DNA of 64,000 nt from Octopus sinensis (GCF_006345805.1 NC_043000.1:31186001-31250000); one strand, 5' to 3'; counted from the first letter of the stretch, positions 24,300-37,709 are shown. The notes: a model not told the origin generated them from the sequence alone. Translations and numbers: made by a program.

Positions 24300-25975
24300 T
24301 GGTAGGTATCAAATTGTTGGATCAGGTGGTGAAAATCACAGAGAGGGTCATAGCCCAACTAATTAGGGAGAGAGTTAGGTTACATGAAATGAAGTTTGGA
24401 TTTGTGCCAGGGAGAAGCACCACTGATGCTATATTTCTGGTAAGACAGCTGCAGGAGAAATACTGAGCCAAAGATAAACCTCTGTACTTGGCTTTCGTTG
24501 ATGTGGAGAAAGCCTTTGACAGGGTCCCTCCGATCCCTTATCTGGTGGTCAATGCAGAAACTAGGGATATATGAGCGGTTAGTGAGAGCTGTACAAGCCA
24601 TGTACAGGGATGCTGTTAGTAAGGTGAGGCTGGTAACGAGTATAATGAAGAATTCCAGGTAGAAGTAGGTGTTCACCAAGTATCAGTCCTCAGCTCTTCA
24701 GTTCATCATAGTCCTTCAGACAATAATAGAGGAATTCAAGACAGGCCGCCCCTGGGAGCTCCTCTATGCTGATGATGTTGTTGTAATAGCTGAGTCACTG
24801 CCAGAACTAGAGAAGTTTCAGGTGTGGAAGCAAGGTTTAAAATTAAAGGGCTTTAGAGTTAACCTAGCAAAAACCAATGTCTTAGTAAGTAGGAAGGCAA
24901 AGGAATCACAAATCCTTTAGGCATAGGTAGAAACTCCATAAGATGTACATGGTGTAAGCGATGGATGCATAAGAGGTGCAGCAATATCAAAGGAAGGCTA
25001 AGTGGGAAGATAGTTTTTTTGTGTGGAAAATGCTCAGGAGCAATGAAAACCAAAAATGTGCAGAAAATACATTCCATTACATGTCAGGGGGAAAAACTAT
25101 AAGTAGTTGATAGCTTCTGTTACCTAGGGGACCAAATCAGTAGCTGGGGGGGATGCTCTGAGAGTGTAGCTGCTAGAATAAGAATAGCCTGGGTAATGTT
25201 CAGAGAGCTCCTACCTGTGTTGGTAACAAAGGGCTTCTCACTCAGAGTGGAAAGTAGACTGTATGATACCTGTGTGCGAACAGCTATGCTATATGGCAGT
25301 GAAACATGGGCTCTGAGTGCTGAGGACATGCGTAGATTTGAAAAAAAATGAAGCAAATATGCTCCGCCGAATGTGTAATGTTTGTGTGCATACACGATGT
25401 TAGCACCCTGAAGAAAAGTTGGACATTAGAGGCATCAGATGTGGTGTGCAAGAGAGATGATTGTGCTGGTATGGTTCTGTGATATGTGTGGATGAGGACA
25501 GCTGTTGTGTCACTCTAACATTGGAGGGAACTTATGGAAGAGGTAGACCATCAAACATTGGGCTTCACAGAGGCAACGACAAATGACTGAGACCTTTGGA
25601 GATATACTGTGTTGGAGAAGACCCAGTGAGCCATGTGAGATTGTAGTCATGGCCAATACCAGTGTCGCATAACTGACCCATTTAAAAGTACCCTTCAATC
25701 ATTTGGTAATATGCTGTGCTTGTGAAGACCTGTTGAACCGAGTAAAATTGTAGTTCTGGCTGATGCCAGTGCCACTTGACTGGCTCCCGTGTTGGTGGCA
25801 CATAAAAAGTACCCACTACACTCTTGGAGTGGTTGGCTTAAGAAGGGCATCTAGCTGTAGAAACCTTGCCAACTCAGATTCGAGCCTGGTGCAGCCTCCT
25901 GGCTTGCCAGTTCTCAGTTAAACTGTCCAACCCATGCCAGAATGGAAAGTGGACATCAAACAACGATGATGATGA
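24300..25975 (+). mobile_element. 5'-truncated RTE-clade LINE (RT domain to 3' tail), decayed
   Basis: FGFVPGRSTTDAIFLVRQLQEKY*, AFVDVEKAFDRV, ELLYADDVV and AMLYGSETW motifs. Runs into the dominant 3' UTR repeat and ends in (GAT)n. Contains stops and frameshifts. Confidence 0.92.
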
Positions 25976-25976
25976 A

Positions 25977-26021
<45 letters not shown>

Positions 26022-26703
26022 TGTATTTATATATATATACTCACACACACACTCACACTCACATGTATATACATATATATATATACACATAAGTATATAT
26101 ATATATATATATATATGCATACACACACACATATATGTATATACATACATATCTATCTATATACACACACACATATATGCACACAGACACACACACACAC
26201 ATATATAAATCCATAAAATGGAACAAGAATGCAACAGATGACAATAAAACATCCGGACAGATAGACGATACAAAGATGGACAAGAAAAACAATAAAAAGA
26301 CAGAGAGGAAAAAACAAGGATGGGTCATTTGCCGCTTGTTCTCATCAGTCAAGTTACCAAATTATCCTTACAGTTTCAGGCAGTTACACTTGAGACTGTT
26401 CAAGTCTGGCTGCCCCCAAAAATCTAAGCTGAGAGCATTAAATTTTTTGGCAGAAAGCAGGTGAATGTGTACAACGACAAAGACAAGAAATGGAGAATGT
26501 TACACAATTAGAAATACAAAATTTTGATGCATACTGACAAGGTGAGCAAGAACACAACAGACGACAATAAAACATCCGGACAGGTAGATGATGTGCAGAT
26601 GGACAGGAAAAAACAAGGATGGGTCATTAGTGGCCTCCTCTCATCGGTCAAGTTACCAAATTATCCTTACAGTTTTGGATATACACAAAGAGCACCATAC
26701 TAG

Positions 26704-26750
<47 letters not shown>

Positions 26751-27429
26751 ATACATAGATATCCATATGGAGTAACTTTGAGTGTACATGTGCCTGTATT
26801 AGCTGTGAATATCCATTAGGTGGTTGTTGTTGATGATAATTGTGGTAGGTTAGCTGCAGCTTTTAGTAATTGAAAAATTCTGTTTGTAAAGATTCTAGTC
26901 TTACATTTTGTTGCTAATGTGGAGGATGATGCCACTGTAAAGCTGCCGTTTTGAAGTTTTTTTTTAATACAAGATTGTTCTTTAACTACATCCTTAGAAG
27001 AGTTGTATTTGGTTTGAGTGAGGATTGGATATTGATGGTTAAACGAAATATTTACTGTTACCTTTTTATTCCGATTCCTCTGTGCCTGTTTCTAGTCTTC
27101 TCTAACATATTGAAGGGGCAAATCCAACTTCCTAATGTCTCTCATCTTCTCTGATTTATTGATGGAGTAAAGCTCTTTTTTATTGTTTCTCTCATCTTCT
27201 GTGAAACATTAAGGGCTGTAAAACTCTGTTTTAAGGTAATTGTTTGAAAACCATATGGAATTAGTAGACAGTATAAGAAGTTATTGAGACTGGAATTCTT
27301 AAGATGGCTGGAAGATTTTCAAGACAGCTGTTTGTCTGTTCAGATTTTCAACATAGTTCTGAGCTCTTATAATGAATTACTTCGGTAGTAGCAGCAATAG
27401 CAGTAGTAGTAGTAGTAACAATAATAATG

Positions 27430-27462
<33 letters not shown>

Positions 27463-27639
27463 CCTTTTTACTAGAAGCACAAGACCTGAAATTTTGTGGG
27501 TGGGGTGGAGAGGGTGGATGAGTCGATTACATTGAATTCATTATTTGACTGGACCTTATTTTATTGACCCCGAAAGAATGAAAGGCAAAGTTGACCTTGG
27601 CTGAATGTTGACTCAGAATGTGGAGACAGACAAAATATT

Positions 27640-27870
27640 TATTTCTTTACTACCCACAAGGGGCTAAACACAGAGGAGACAAACAAGGACAAGTAGACGG
27701 ATTACATCGATTACACCGACCCCAGTGCGTAACTGGTACTTAATTTATCGACTCCGAAAGGATGAAAGGCAAAGTCGACCTCGGCGGAATTTGAACTCAG
27801 AACGTAACGGCAGACGAAATACGGTTATGCATTTCACCTGGCGTGCTAACGTTTCTGCCAGCTCGCCACC
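27640..27870 (-). mobile_element. Full-length SINE (same family as 4328) with 15-bp TSD, nested in an older copy
   Basis: GAGACAGACAAAATA flanks it at 27623-27637 and 27872-27886, and the flanks rejoin into a decayed copy of the same family. Confidence 0.85.
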
Positions 27871-28090
27871 TGAGACAGACAAAATACTGCTCAGCATTTT
27901 GTCTGCTGTGTTAATGTTTCTCTCATTCTCTCTACTATATGTACAAGGCCTGAAATCTGGTACTGTTTGCAACAAAATGTAGAAAGGGAATCTCTTCAAA
28001 GAGAATTCTCTAATTACCAAAAGCTGCAGCTAAGCTACTACCATGTTGTCTGGTGTGTTCTAATGATTCTGCTACATCGTAGTCTTAGTA

Positions 28091-28125
<35 letters not shown>

Positions 28126-29207
28126 CCATTTGAATTCTGAGACCGAAGGTTGATTAGTGTAACAGTTATTCAGTTGAGATATATTTCACATTTAACCTCC
28201 ATCGCACGTTGCAGCTGCTAACATTTTCAGATCAATATAACTAGTATTTCTCTAAATAACTGCAAATTAACAGAATTTGCAATTGATCAAGTTTTCTGGT
28301 TGTTTTTCTTCTCTCTCTCTTTCTCTGTGTTTCTCTCGTTTATTTCTTGTTTGTTTGTTTGTTTGTTTTCCAATTTCATTTCTGGCAAATATTGTATGAG
28401 GTGGCGTAACTTATCAAATTTGATCAGAACAGATGAGATGTGAGGTTAAACGGAATTGTTCCCTCACCACATGTATCACCACCCTCCCCCTCCCGTCCTC
28501 ATTGATTGGTGCTTTTCCTTCTCAAGATTCTATCAGCATTTTGTTCCAACACAAATGAAACATTCTCTTCCCTATTTATTTTTTTTTTACAACAAAATAA
28601 TTTCACATTAAATTTTAAATATGTTTAAAAATGAATATGAACCATTGAATGGTTTGAGCTGACTTTTATGGGAATTACATTTTGTGATAATGTGGATTGT
28701 AGTTGAAATGTGGCTGAAATGATAATAGTGATGGGGGTGGTTTACAATTCAGTTTGGAGTTAATGAATGAGGTTGGATGGTTCTGGTCGTTATGGTCGAG
28801 AGGATTTTAATTAAGGTGTGTGTGTGGAGTTAATGTTCAAATGTGTGAGGCTGGATGCTTTCTGCAGTTATGGTCGAGGTGATTATAATTAAGGTGTGTG
28901 TGTGGAGTGGTGGCTGAGGTGAGAAAAGCAGCAAATGAACAGTTGTCACGTTGGTACGATGCAAGGCAGTTGGAATACAAAGGAGTAAACCGTTCTAACT
29001 AGTGAGGAATATCAACCATGAAGAAAAGTTCAACTTCGTCTTCACTGTCATTGATTCCCAAGTTCAATTTCAAAAGGTAAAATGTTGTTTCTCAAAAACC
29101 CAGGTGTTCAAAGTAATCTCCACCACCACCACCACCATCCCTATCATCATCATCACTACTACACACATCTTTGTTACCAAAGATGTGTGTATGTGTTTGC
29201 ATCTTCA

Positions 29208-29750
29208 TCATCATCATCATCGTTTAATGTCTGCTTTCCATGCTGGCATAGGTTGTGCGATTTGACTGAGGACTGGTGAACCAGATGGCTGCACAAGGCT
29301 CCAATCTTGATCTGGCAAAGTTTCTACTGCTGGATGCCTTTCCTAACGCCAACCACTCCAAGAGTGTAGTGGGTGCTTTTACGTGCCAGTGGCACGAGGG
29401 CCAATCATGCGGTACTGGCAACGGCTACGCTCAAATGGTGATTTTTTAAGTGCCACCTGCACAGGAGCCAGTCCAGCGGCACTGACAATGACCTCGCTTG
29501 AATATTTTTTCATGTGCCACCGGCACAAGTGCCGGTAAGACAACACTTGTAATGATCATGCTCGAATGGTGCTTTTTACGTGCCACCGGCACAGAAGCCA
29601 GTCAGCTACTCTGGCAATGATCACGCTCGGATGGTGCTCTTAGCGCTCCACAAGCACAGATGCCAGTCATCGAATTTGATTTCGATTTCACTTGCCTCAA
29701 CAGGTCTTCGCAAGCAGAGTTCAGTGTCCAATGAAGAAAAGGTACGCATA
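29208..29750 (-). mobile_element. RTE LINE 3' UTR fragment
   Basis: Family 3' end with about 4-5 sub-repeats. Confidence 0.8.
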
Positions 29751-30292
29751 AGTGGGCTTTTGGATTGTTTTTAGATTGATGTTTGACCCCTTCTTCTTAA
29801 TGGCTTTTCTAAGCTTTCTGAATGTCTCAATGTACCACTTGCTGCTCACAGCCATGTTTTAGAAAACCAAGTAGAATGTTGCCTTGGTCATCTGCCGAAA
29901 ATGTCACTTTGATTTTCTCTGTCAACTGCTGCTTCTTGAATTTCAAAGACATGTGATGCTAATGGAGCTTTTGTTTCTGGATCATAAAATTACAACCTCT
30001 TTTCATCTTCAGAAAAACGTGTCTTCATTGGGATTCAAATACTTCCAGCAGATCAGGGCAGCCTCTCACCTTTCTTTCAAACCAAATGTCAACTGCTGCA
30101 GTCTCCACTTTGGACACCCAAACTCTTCTTTTCTATTCAGGATTGCATTGTGACCACAGTCCAGTTGTGCAGTATGCTCATCAATTGTGACTCCTTATTT
30201 TGCTCACTCCCTGGTGATTCATGCCTGTCATCACAGTTGATGGTCTCCCACTGCATGCTTTGCTTTCATGATGCTGCTGCTGATGATGATGA

Positions 30293-30660
30293 TCATCATC
30301 ATTTAATGTCCATTATCCATGCTGGCATGGGTTGGATGGTTTGACTAGGGCTGGCAAGCTGGAAGGCTGCACCCGACTCCCATCTGAGTTGACATGGTTT
30401 TCTACAACTGAATGGCCTTCCGAGAGTGTGATGGGTGCTTTTACATGTCACTGGCACAGATGCCATTTGTGTGACACCTGGGTGCTTTGTATGTGTCACT
30501 GGCATGGGTGCCAATTTGTGTATGACATGACACTGGTATCTGCCACGACTGCGAATTTGCTCGGTTTGGTGGGTTTTCTTCTCAAGCACAACATAATGCC
30601 AAAGGTCTTGGTCATTGCCTCCATTAGGCCCAACACTTGAAAGGAACTCAACCACTTTGC
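30293..30660 (-). mobile_element. Diverged RTE LINE 3' UTR fragment
   Basis: (CAT)n tail, catgctggcatgggttgg and ctcaagcacaacataatgccaaaggtcttggtc family motifs. Confidence 0.7.
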
Positions 30661-30664
30661 CTCC

Positions 30665-31019
30665 ATCAGTTCCATGCTGTAAATTTTTTCATCCATCTAT
30701 GCTCATTATTCTTGTCAGTGAAGTCATCTCCATTTACAACTTGTGGTCTTCTGTGGATGTCAGACAACCTGAAGCCCTTCTTTGTCAAGAACTCAGCAAT
30801 GATATGTCGTTTCTGTTTGCAACTTTCTACTGTCAAGAACTCAATGATGGCATGTTGTTTCTGCTTGGAACCCATTATTTTCCTCTGATGATGAAGAACA
30901 GGAAGAAGAGTTACTCTGGAGGGAGATTTATTCTCACAAAATGTGGAATTGAAAGGATCATTGTCAGTTAATGAAAAAATTATGCCCACTTTTGCATAAA
31001 TTTCAGTACAACCCTCATA
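30665..31019 (-). mobile_element. Mariner 5' fragment
   Basis: TA-TGAGGGTTGTACTGAAATT terminus and transposase N-terminus KQHAIIEFLT...DIHRR...RWMKKF, with an internal duplication of about 42 bp. Confidence 0.75.
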
Positions 31020-31577
31020 CACTTATCTCTGTAATGGAAATGGAGTTGTATGGCATTTGGTCTACAGTTTAACATCAGCAGTGGTGATGGTGTATGTGTA
31101 TGGATAGATATATGTATATGATATACACATGCATATATGTATGAGCATGATGTTAATAATTAATTTTTGACCTCAAAGAAAATATCGTAGACCATAAATA
31201 ATTAACAAACTCATTAGAGCTTTGGACAGAAGTTGTAGAATTAGGAAGAAAACAACAACTTGTGGTTAAAGTCTGTTGGATGTTACATCGATTGGTAAAC
31301 ATAGAACTTATTTATTTAGTTTTTGGGCAAGAAAGCATTGAGAACTGCTGACAAACTAAGGTCATATGACGACTAATTTAATTGTTTGTTATATAAGTGG
31401 TTTACTGTCTGTAGAATAGTTATCTTGGTTTATCTCTCACTATAATGAGTATTAGACCAACGTTTGTCAATAAAATTACCATATGGCAACTGGAAGAAAC
31501 CGTTTGTATGTGTGTGTTTTCTACCTTGTCTTTGTGTGTGTTACTGTTCATATAAATGGTTGTCCTTGCGAAAGCAT

Positions 31578-31965
31578 GTCCATCCCCTCCTCACTGTGGT
31601 GGGGACGCTGGCAACGGGTAGTGTCAGAGCTATGCCGTTGGGAACTTCGGTTCCTGGTAGGGCCACCCAAGGCGGATTGGTCTGACACCGAGTGGTATTA
31701 GAGCCACAACCCGGCAGACGGGGCTCTGGGGAAAATCCTCAGAGTGTCTGTTTTGGCACCCGGCGGCTCCTCGGTCATTCTGTCCCTGTGTCTGCAGACA
31801 ATCTGCAGCAAACAGGATGTTTCTACATGCGGGATTGTTGGGGACCACTTGTGAAATTCATATTCCCACGAAACTTCTTCCACCGTCATGGTTCGAGATG
31901 TCTTGAGGGTGGTAGAAGAAGCCAACTCAACCTGCCCAGGGTAAATGTCGCCACAAGTACAAGTA
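31578..31965 (+). mobile_element. Short RTE-derived non-autonomous element, copy 1
   Basis: 5' part AGCTATGCCGT...AGGGCCACCCAAGGCGGATTGGTC resembles BovB/RTE 5' UTRs (from memory); (CAAGTA)n tail; second copy at 60970-61342. Confidence 0.7.
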
Positions 31966-32535
31966 CATTCATGTTTTCCAGGGCCTCAACAGACAATGGG
32001 AATCATTAGAAACCAGGAGGGGGGTTTGCTATCAGGAAGGGCTTCCACTGAATATAATTTTGTGATGTCCAACAAGAACTTGAGACACAGGTAGGTGGTG
32101 GGTTTACTTGTTAAGTCTAGAGGAAGGGAGATTGGTCCCTTACCTTTGTAGCATCTCCTACATCTATTTGTAACTTGAGAATGGAACAAGACACGAAACA
32201 GTTTGAAACAATGTCTTCTGTTCTGCACCTCCACCCAGCCACCTCAGTTTCCATTTGACTTGATGTTTCACCATCGTTTTGTTTATCTGTAGTTGTTGTT
32301 GGTGATGGTCATGGTGGTTGGGTACATCAGTGTTGCATTAATCGTCTGAGTCTGTGTTTTTTCCTCTGTTGTACAAACTCAGAAGTTTTCCAACCTACCA
32401 ATCACAATGTCGTTCACTCAGTAAATGTAAAAATTTCCAGCTCAACAACTGAAGACATTGACTGAGAGAAAAATAACTTTCTAAACTTGAGAACAACATA
32501 GAATTTTCTTTTAGAGAGAGAGAGAGACACACACA

Positions 32536-32578
<43 letters not shown>

Positions 32579-33143
32579 ATGTTCGACATAGTCATCAGTA
32601 TGAATTGAATGTGTCTCTTGTACAGCATATCTTCACTCAGTCTTGTTGTCCTGGTTGTATAACCCAAACCCACATATCTATGCACCAACTCACCAAACAC
32701 TCAGCAACATATATTTTTTACTTTACTTTCTCCCTACCATCCCAATCACTATCAGAAATATATTGATTAACCAGTGTGTGTGAGAGAGAGACAGGAAGAG
32801 AAAAGAACATATTTAACAGACTCTTTGAGATGTTTGCTGAACATAATTGAATTTCTTATTTTCTTTTCGTTCAATAAGAGAGAAAACTGTTTCCAAAGAC
32901 ATTTCATTTTTACTCTTCTTTATTTCCAGGGCATTTCGAGAGGAATACGCAAATTTATCACGTCTAGAGAACCAGAGAAGCTGGCCTTGAGTAATGAAAC
33001 AGTCGCAATGAAGCCCTCCCTCTTTACCTTTCCCCTTCTTTCTCCAATGCACCCTTTTTCTTTTTTTCTTTCCAATATCCTGATGTGGTGGCGGCCCTGT
33101 TAGTTGCAGTCCTACTATTTAATATGATGGAACATAATATGCA

Positions 33144-33176
<33 letters not shown>

Positions 33177-33777
33177 TATATATATAAAAATGGACTCAAT
33201 ATGGAACATTATACACACACAGCACACACATATTAGATGGTTAAATCTAGTTAATATTGGTGGAACATCTTATATATAATGGTTTTGGTTAGTATTGATA
33301 GGACACACACACAACCACACATATATAATGATTAAATATCAGTTTTGTGTGTGTGTATATATAATTTGAAAAAAGAAACTTTTTAACATACCATTTGCTT
33401 ATTGATACCAATAATTAATTGCATGTCTTTATTTTTTATTTTTGTTTTCAACAGCTGTGATTTGTTTTAGATTTTTTTTTTCTAAATTATCTGGGTTTTT
33501 TTTTTTATAACTTCTTATTGAATTATATGAGCTTTTTTTTAAAGATAAATTGCAAAATAAGTGACTGAAATTTTATATTTATGAAAAAAAATTTGAGATA
33601 ATGGGGAGCAAAAAAAAAAAGGCATGTTGACTATTTATTTTCAATATTGAATATCAAACACAATAATAACTTTTTCTGTTTTTTTCTTGGACTTATTACC
33701 TCCACTCTCTGTCTGTCTGTCTCTCTGATTTCGTTTTCTTTTTTCTATTTCTCAATATCTCACTTTCATTCTCTCCC

Positions 33778-33820
<43 letters not shown>

Positions 33821-36800
33821 GAAGCATATATTCCATGTGTGTGTGCACTTGCTTGCATGCACATGGTCCTAAATTTCCTCTGAAAGTCTGTTAAACATTT
33901 TTTGCTGCAGTAATCATTCTGGAGTCTAAATTAATAATGACACATATATGTCTATATAGTTTTTCTTTTCACCATTTTGCTTCCATTCTGCAAAAGCAGT
34001 TTGCTACAACTTTTTACCGTATGTATCCATTTTTTGTTTAGTATATATTTTTTTTTTTTTTTTTACTATCTATTATCTTGTTCGTTGGCTGAATTTGTTA
34101 TCAAAGTTAATTTGTGTCCAGAGAAAAACCAACTCAAGACTTTTTAAGTAGAGAAAGAATGTAGTTCCTGTGTTTTTATTATTCATTTATTTTCAAATGT
34201 TGTTTTAGCATTTAATTTCTTATTTCCAATCACTGAGAATTTAAAAGTTATTTACTCTATCAGTTCCCATCAGTTTTACGCCTATTCACTCTATTTCGTC
34301 GTCTTCTCTTACAACAGTAAGTCTAACTACCTCTCATATTAAATTACTCTCTTTTTTTCCTCAGTGGACTACCTTACATTGGTGTGTGATATTAGAAAAT
34401 ATTTCGAGAAAGAACTCTAAGGATTTTAGATTTCTTTACTACTTTCTGTTACTGTTCTGGTTCTTGTCAAGACAAACTGCTAATATCCTCCTCCTTCTTC
34501 CTCCATTCTTTGTCTTTCTACTGAGCCCTGACTCTAAACTCTTCTCTCTACTCCATCACCTGTATTTATTGTGTGTATATTTGCCATACTACTGTGTGCA
34601 TATTTACCTCACCAGTATGTGTGTATATTCACCATACCAGTTTGTTTGTATGCACGATACCATTGTGTATATTACCTGTAATATTAAAGTGTCATTTGTT
34701 TAGGGTTTTTTTCACAGTTTTTTTTGTAAATATTTTATGTTCCATTCTATTAAAAGTGTCATGATGGCCATTAAATGTGGTTTTGGTTTCAGTCCCATTC
34801 TGCAGAATCTTGAGCAAGCTTCAGTTTAACTAAAACCTTAAGTTGGTTGATGGAATCCTGTTAGAGAGAGCTGTTACTGATCTTGGGTCGATAAAGTTAA
34901 ATTGGCCCCCAGTTTAACACTATTGTTTGACCTTTGGGTACTTTAAGCACAATCCACTTGAGTGCAGCTGGGTTAGGGTTAGGGTTGCTGAAGTCTGGGC
35001 GGCCCCGAAGAAGAAGATCATTGGCATTGTCACCTTTCTCTAGGTCCTGTAAAAACCTACGGCTACATTTACCATGCAATGGAATACATTTACTCTGTTT
35101 GGCATAACATCAAAACTTTGTCTAGCATGCTGTTAGAACACATATTCATACCATTAAATATGTTCGTACCTTCTATGGTATTAAATGTATGTCCTCATCC
35201 ATCAGCAATTAATGTTTGTCTGCTGTACCATTAGACCTATGGTAATGTCTTTCATGCCACCCAATTAACCACGTGTTTGCTCCACATTAAGTATACATCT
35301 GCTTACCATGTCATTAAACATAGTATCTAAATTGCCTTACACAAATCTCTATCATACCATTATCACGTATTTGTCATACTGTTATGTATATCTATCACAC
35401 TTTTAATTATTGTTCTGTGCCTACCATCCCATTAAACATATATCATGCAATTAAACCCATGTTCATGTCTTTCATGCCATTAAAAATATGGTTATATCAT
35501 AAAGCGTATGTCATTTAACCTATGTACAAGTCTTCCATACCATTAAACCTTTTTTTATATTTGTTTTGCTCTAAGTCACCATCCGTTTGGTCAGTTTGTA
35601 TATAACCCCTTTCAGTGTTTCTGCTTTGGTTTACAATGTCATTGTATTCCTTCTGACCCCGTTTACCAGCCCCTACAAATGTTCACCCACGATACGTGTT
35701 CATTTCTCTTTGCTGTTTTAATTATAGTCTTAATCTAATATTTATCTTGTATGCCTCTCTGGGAAATGTCTGTGTTTTTAACAACAACTAATAAAGTTTC
35801 AATATTAATCGACATCATTTTATTGGGATATCGTATTATTTTATTGTAAGGAATCACAAATAACTGAAGCTTATTTTCTCATCAATCTTTTTATTTAATT
35901 AGTGACAATATTTTGAGTCATTACATCTCTTGATAATCAAAAGTTCTCCCTCAACTGTCACTTGTTTACTTTTTGCATACAGAAAAATGAAACGAATTTC
36001 TCTGATGATATTGACAGCGATATTGTTGTTGTTGTTAATAATAATAATAATAATAATGATGATGATGATGATGATGATAGCAATAAAACAACAACAGCTT
36101 TGGTAGAGTTATTGCTTATTGTTAGACTTCAATTTGTTCTTGTATGTTTTTATATCCTTTTATGGGTTTCAGTTATTGGGTTGTGGCCATGTTGGAGCAT
36201 AGTGCCATTTTCAAGAGTTTTACTTACTTACATTGACGTCAGTACTTCAGCTTGGAACTTATCTGTTGATCCTGTTTCTCAAATTGTTAAGTTACATTTT
36301 GACTCAAAGGAGATGACATGCCACTAAACACACTGGTATGTTTGTGTGCGTATCCATGTCTGTGTGTCCATAATTATCATAATTCTAACCTACGGTTCCA
36401 AGCAACTGTAGGTTAGATAGTTTGATAGGATCTTATGAACCAGGGGACTGAGTGGAGTTGCAATGTCGAGGGCAGTGGCTTTATGCCAGGCATTGAGAGG
36501 TTAACACATGATAGAGGGACAGAAATAAGTGTTTTGGCTGTAGAAGAGGTACATGACTATCCCAGCAGGAAAGGGAGCAAAAAATAGTGGTGATAAGGTA
36601 TTGTTGGGGTGGCTATAAGAAAAAGTAGAGAAATGAAGATGGCTAGATTTGTAGGTTCAGAAGATTGTGAAAGGAGATTGACAGATGATTAGAGATGAGA
36701 GAAGAAGTGAATGGGGAACATGGGTGGAGGCATAGACAATGATGCATCTCAGTTTGCAGGGTAAATGAAAGAAAGCAGGAGGAGGTTAAGGAAAAGAAGG

Positions 36801-37709
36801 TAATACATAAAGACAGACTGGAGGACGACAGTATAATGAAATAGGAAGATGAAGGTGAAGTAGGGGGGGGGGCAGAAGTAATGCTACAGAAAAAACCCCC
36901 AGAGATTAGAGGCACACAGGATGGATGTGGTAGGTTGCAATAAAAAGTGTGGGTAGGATTTGGATAATGGACATGAGAATGTTTGAGGGAAAGGGGTGTT
37001 CAATGGATGATGATGATGATGTGAGTGCAAAGTGAGTGCGAAAAGAAGTGGTCCTAAGAAGAGGGAATATTGGTAGCGCAGAAGTGGCTGAGTGGAATAT
37101 GTGCAACTCTGCTCTCATTTAATTACAACAGCTGAGGAAATAGTTGCACAGTTAGAATGGTGAAGAGGGGATTGATGTTACAAAGTTGCTGGGAAGGGCT
37201 CAACAAGTACAGATTGGGTGCTGGGGCAAAAAAGCATTAATGGTATACTTTTAGATTTTCATTTTTTGCTGAGGTGGATGAGTTTTCTGAAGCATGGTGA
37301 ATTGCTAATCATCTCAGTCTTTTGTCATCTCTTTTGTGAGGCTCAATAACCTGACATTGGTTTTCACTACTTTGTCTGGACAGCTTCCTGAACCTCCCTC
37401 CTACAGGTTCCATCAGCATTTAATGACCAGTACCTCTTTCTGCAACTGTCTTCATCTATACACATCACACTACTTTTGATGCCTCCTATACCCTCCTGCA
37501 CTTTGTCATGGTGCATATTGGTGTTGCACATCCAGCAGAGCATGCACCCTTAATTTATTTCTAGTTTTTGCATGTTCAGCCTACATTTACAGCCTACGTT
37601 TTACTCCAATGTAGTATTGCTCTTCATTTATGTGTGCAAGCAAACACACACACACACCACACACACACACACACACATCTGTATGTATACATGTTTGTGT
37701 GTGTGTGTG

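Noticed and set aside
34264-34364. Mini exon/intron pattern (CAG...ACA|GTAAGT...TTTTTTTCCTCAG)
   Set aside because: The implied intron is under 50 nt and the readings are low-complexity and unrecognised.
36440-37230. Purine-rich stretch resembling a decayed retroelement ORF on the minus strand (also 1760-2280 and 11820-12010)
   Set aside because: Too degraded to assign a clade from motifs.
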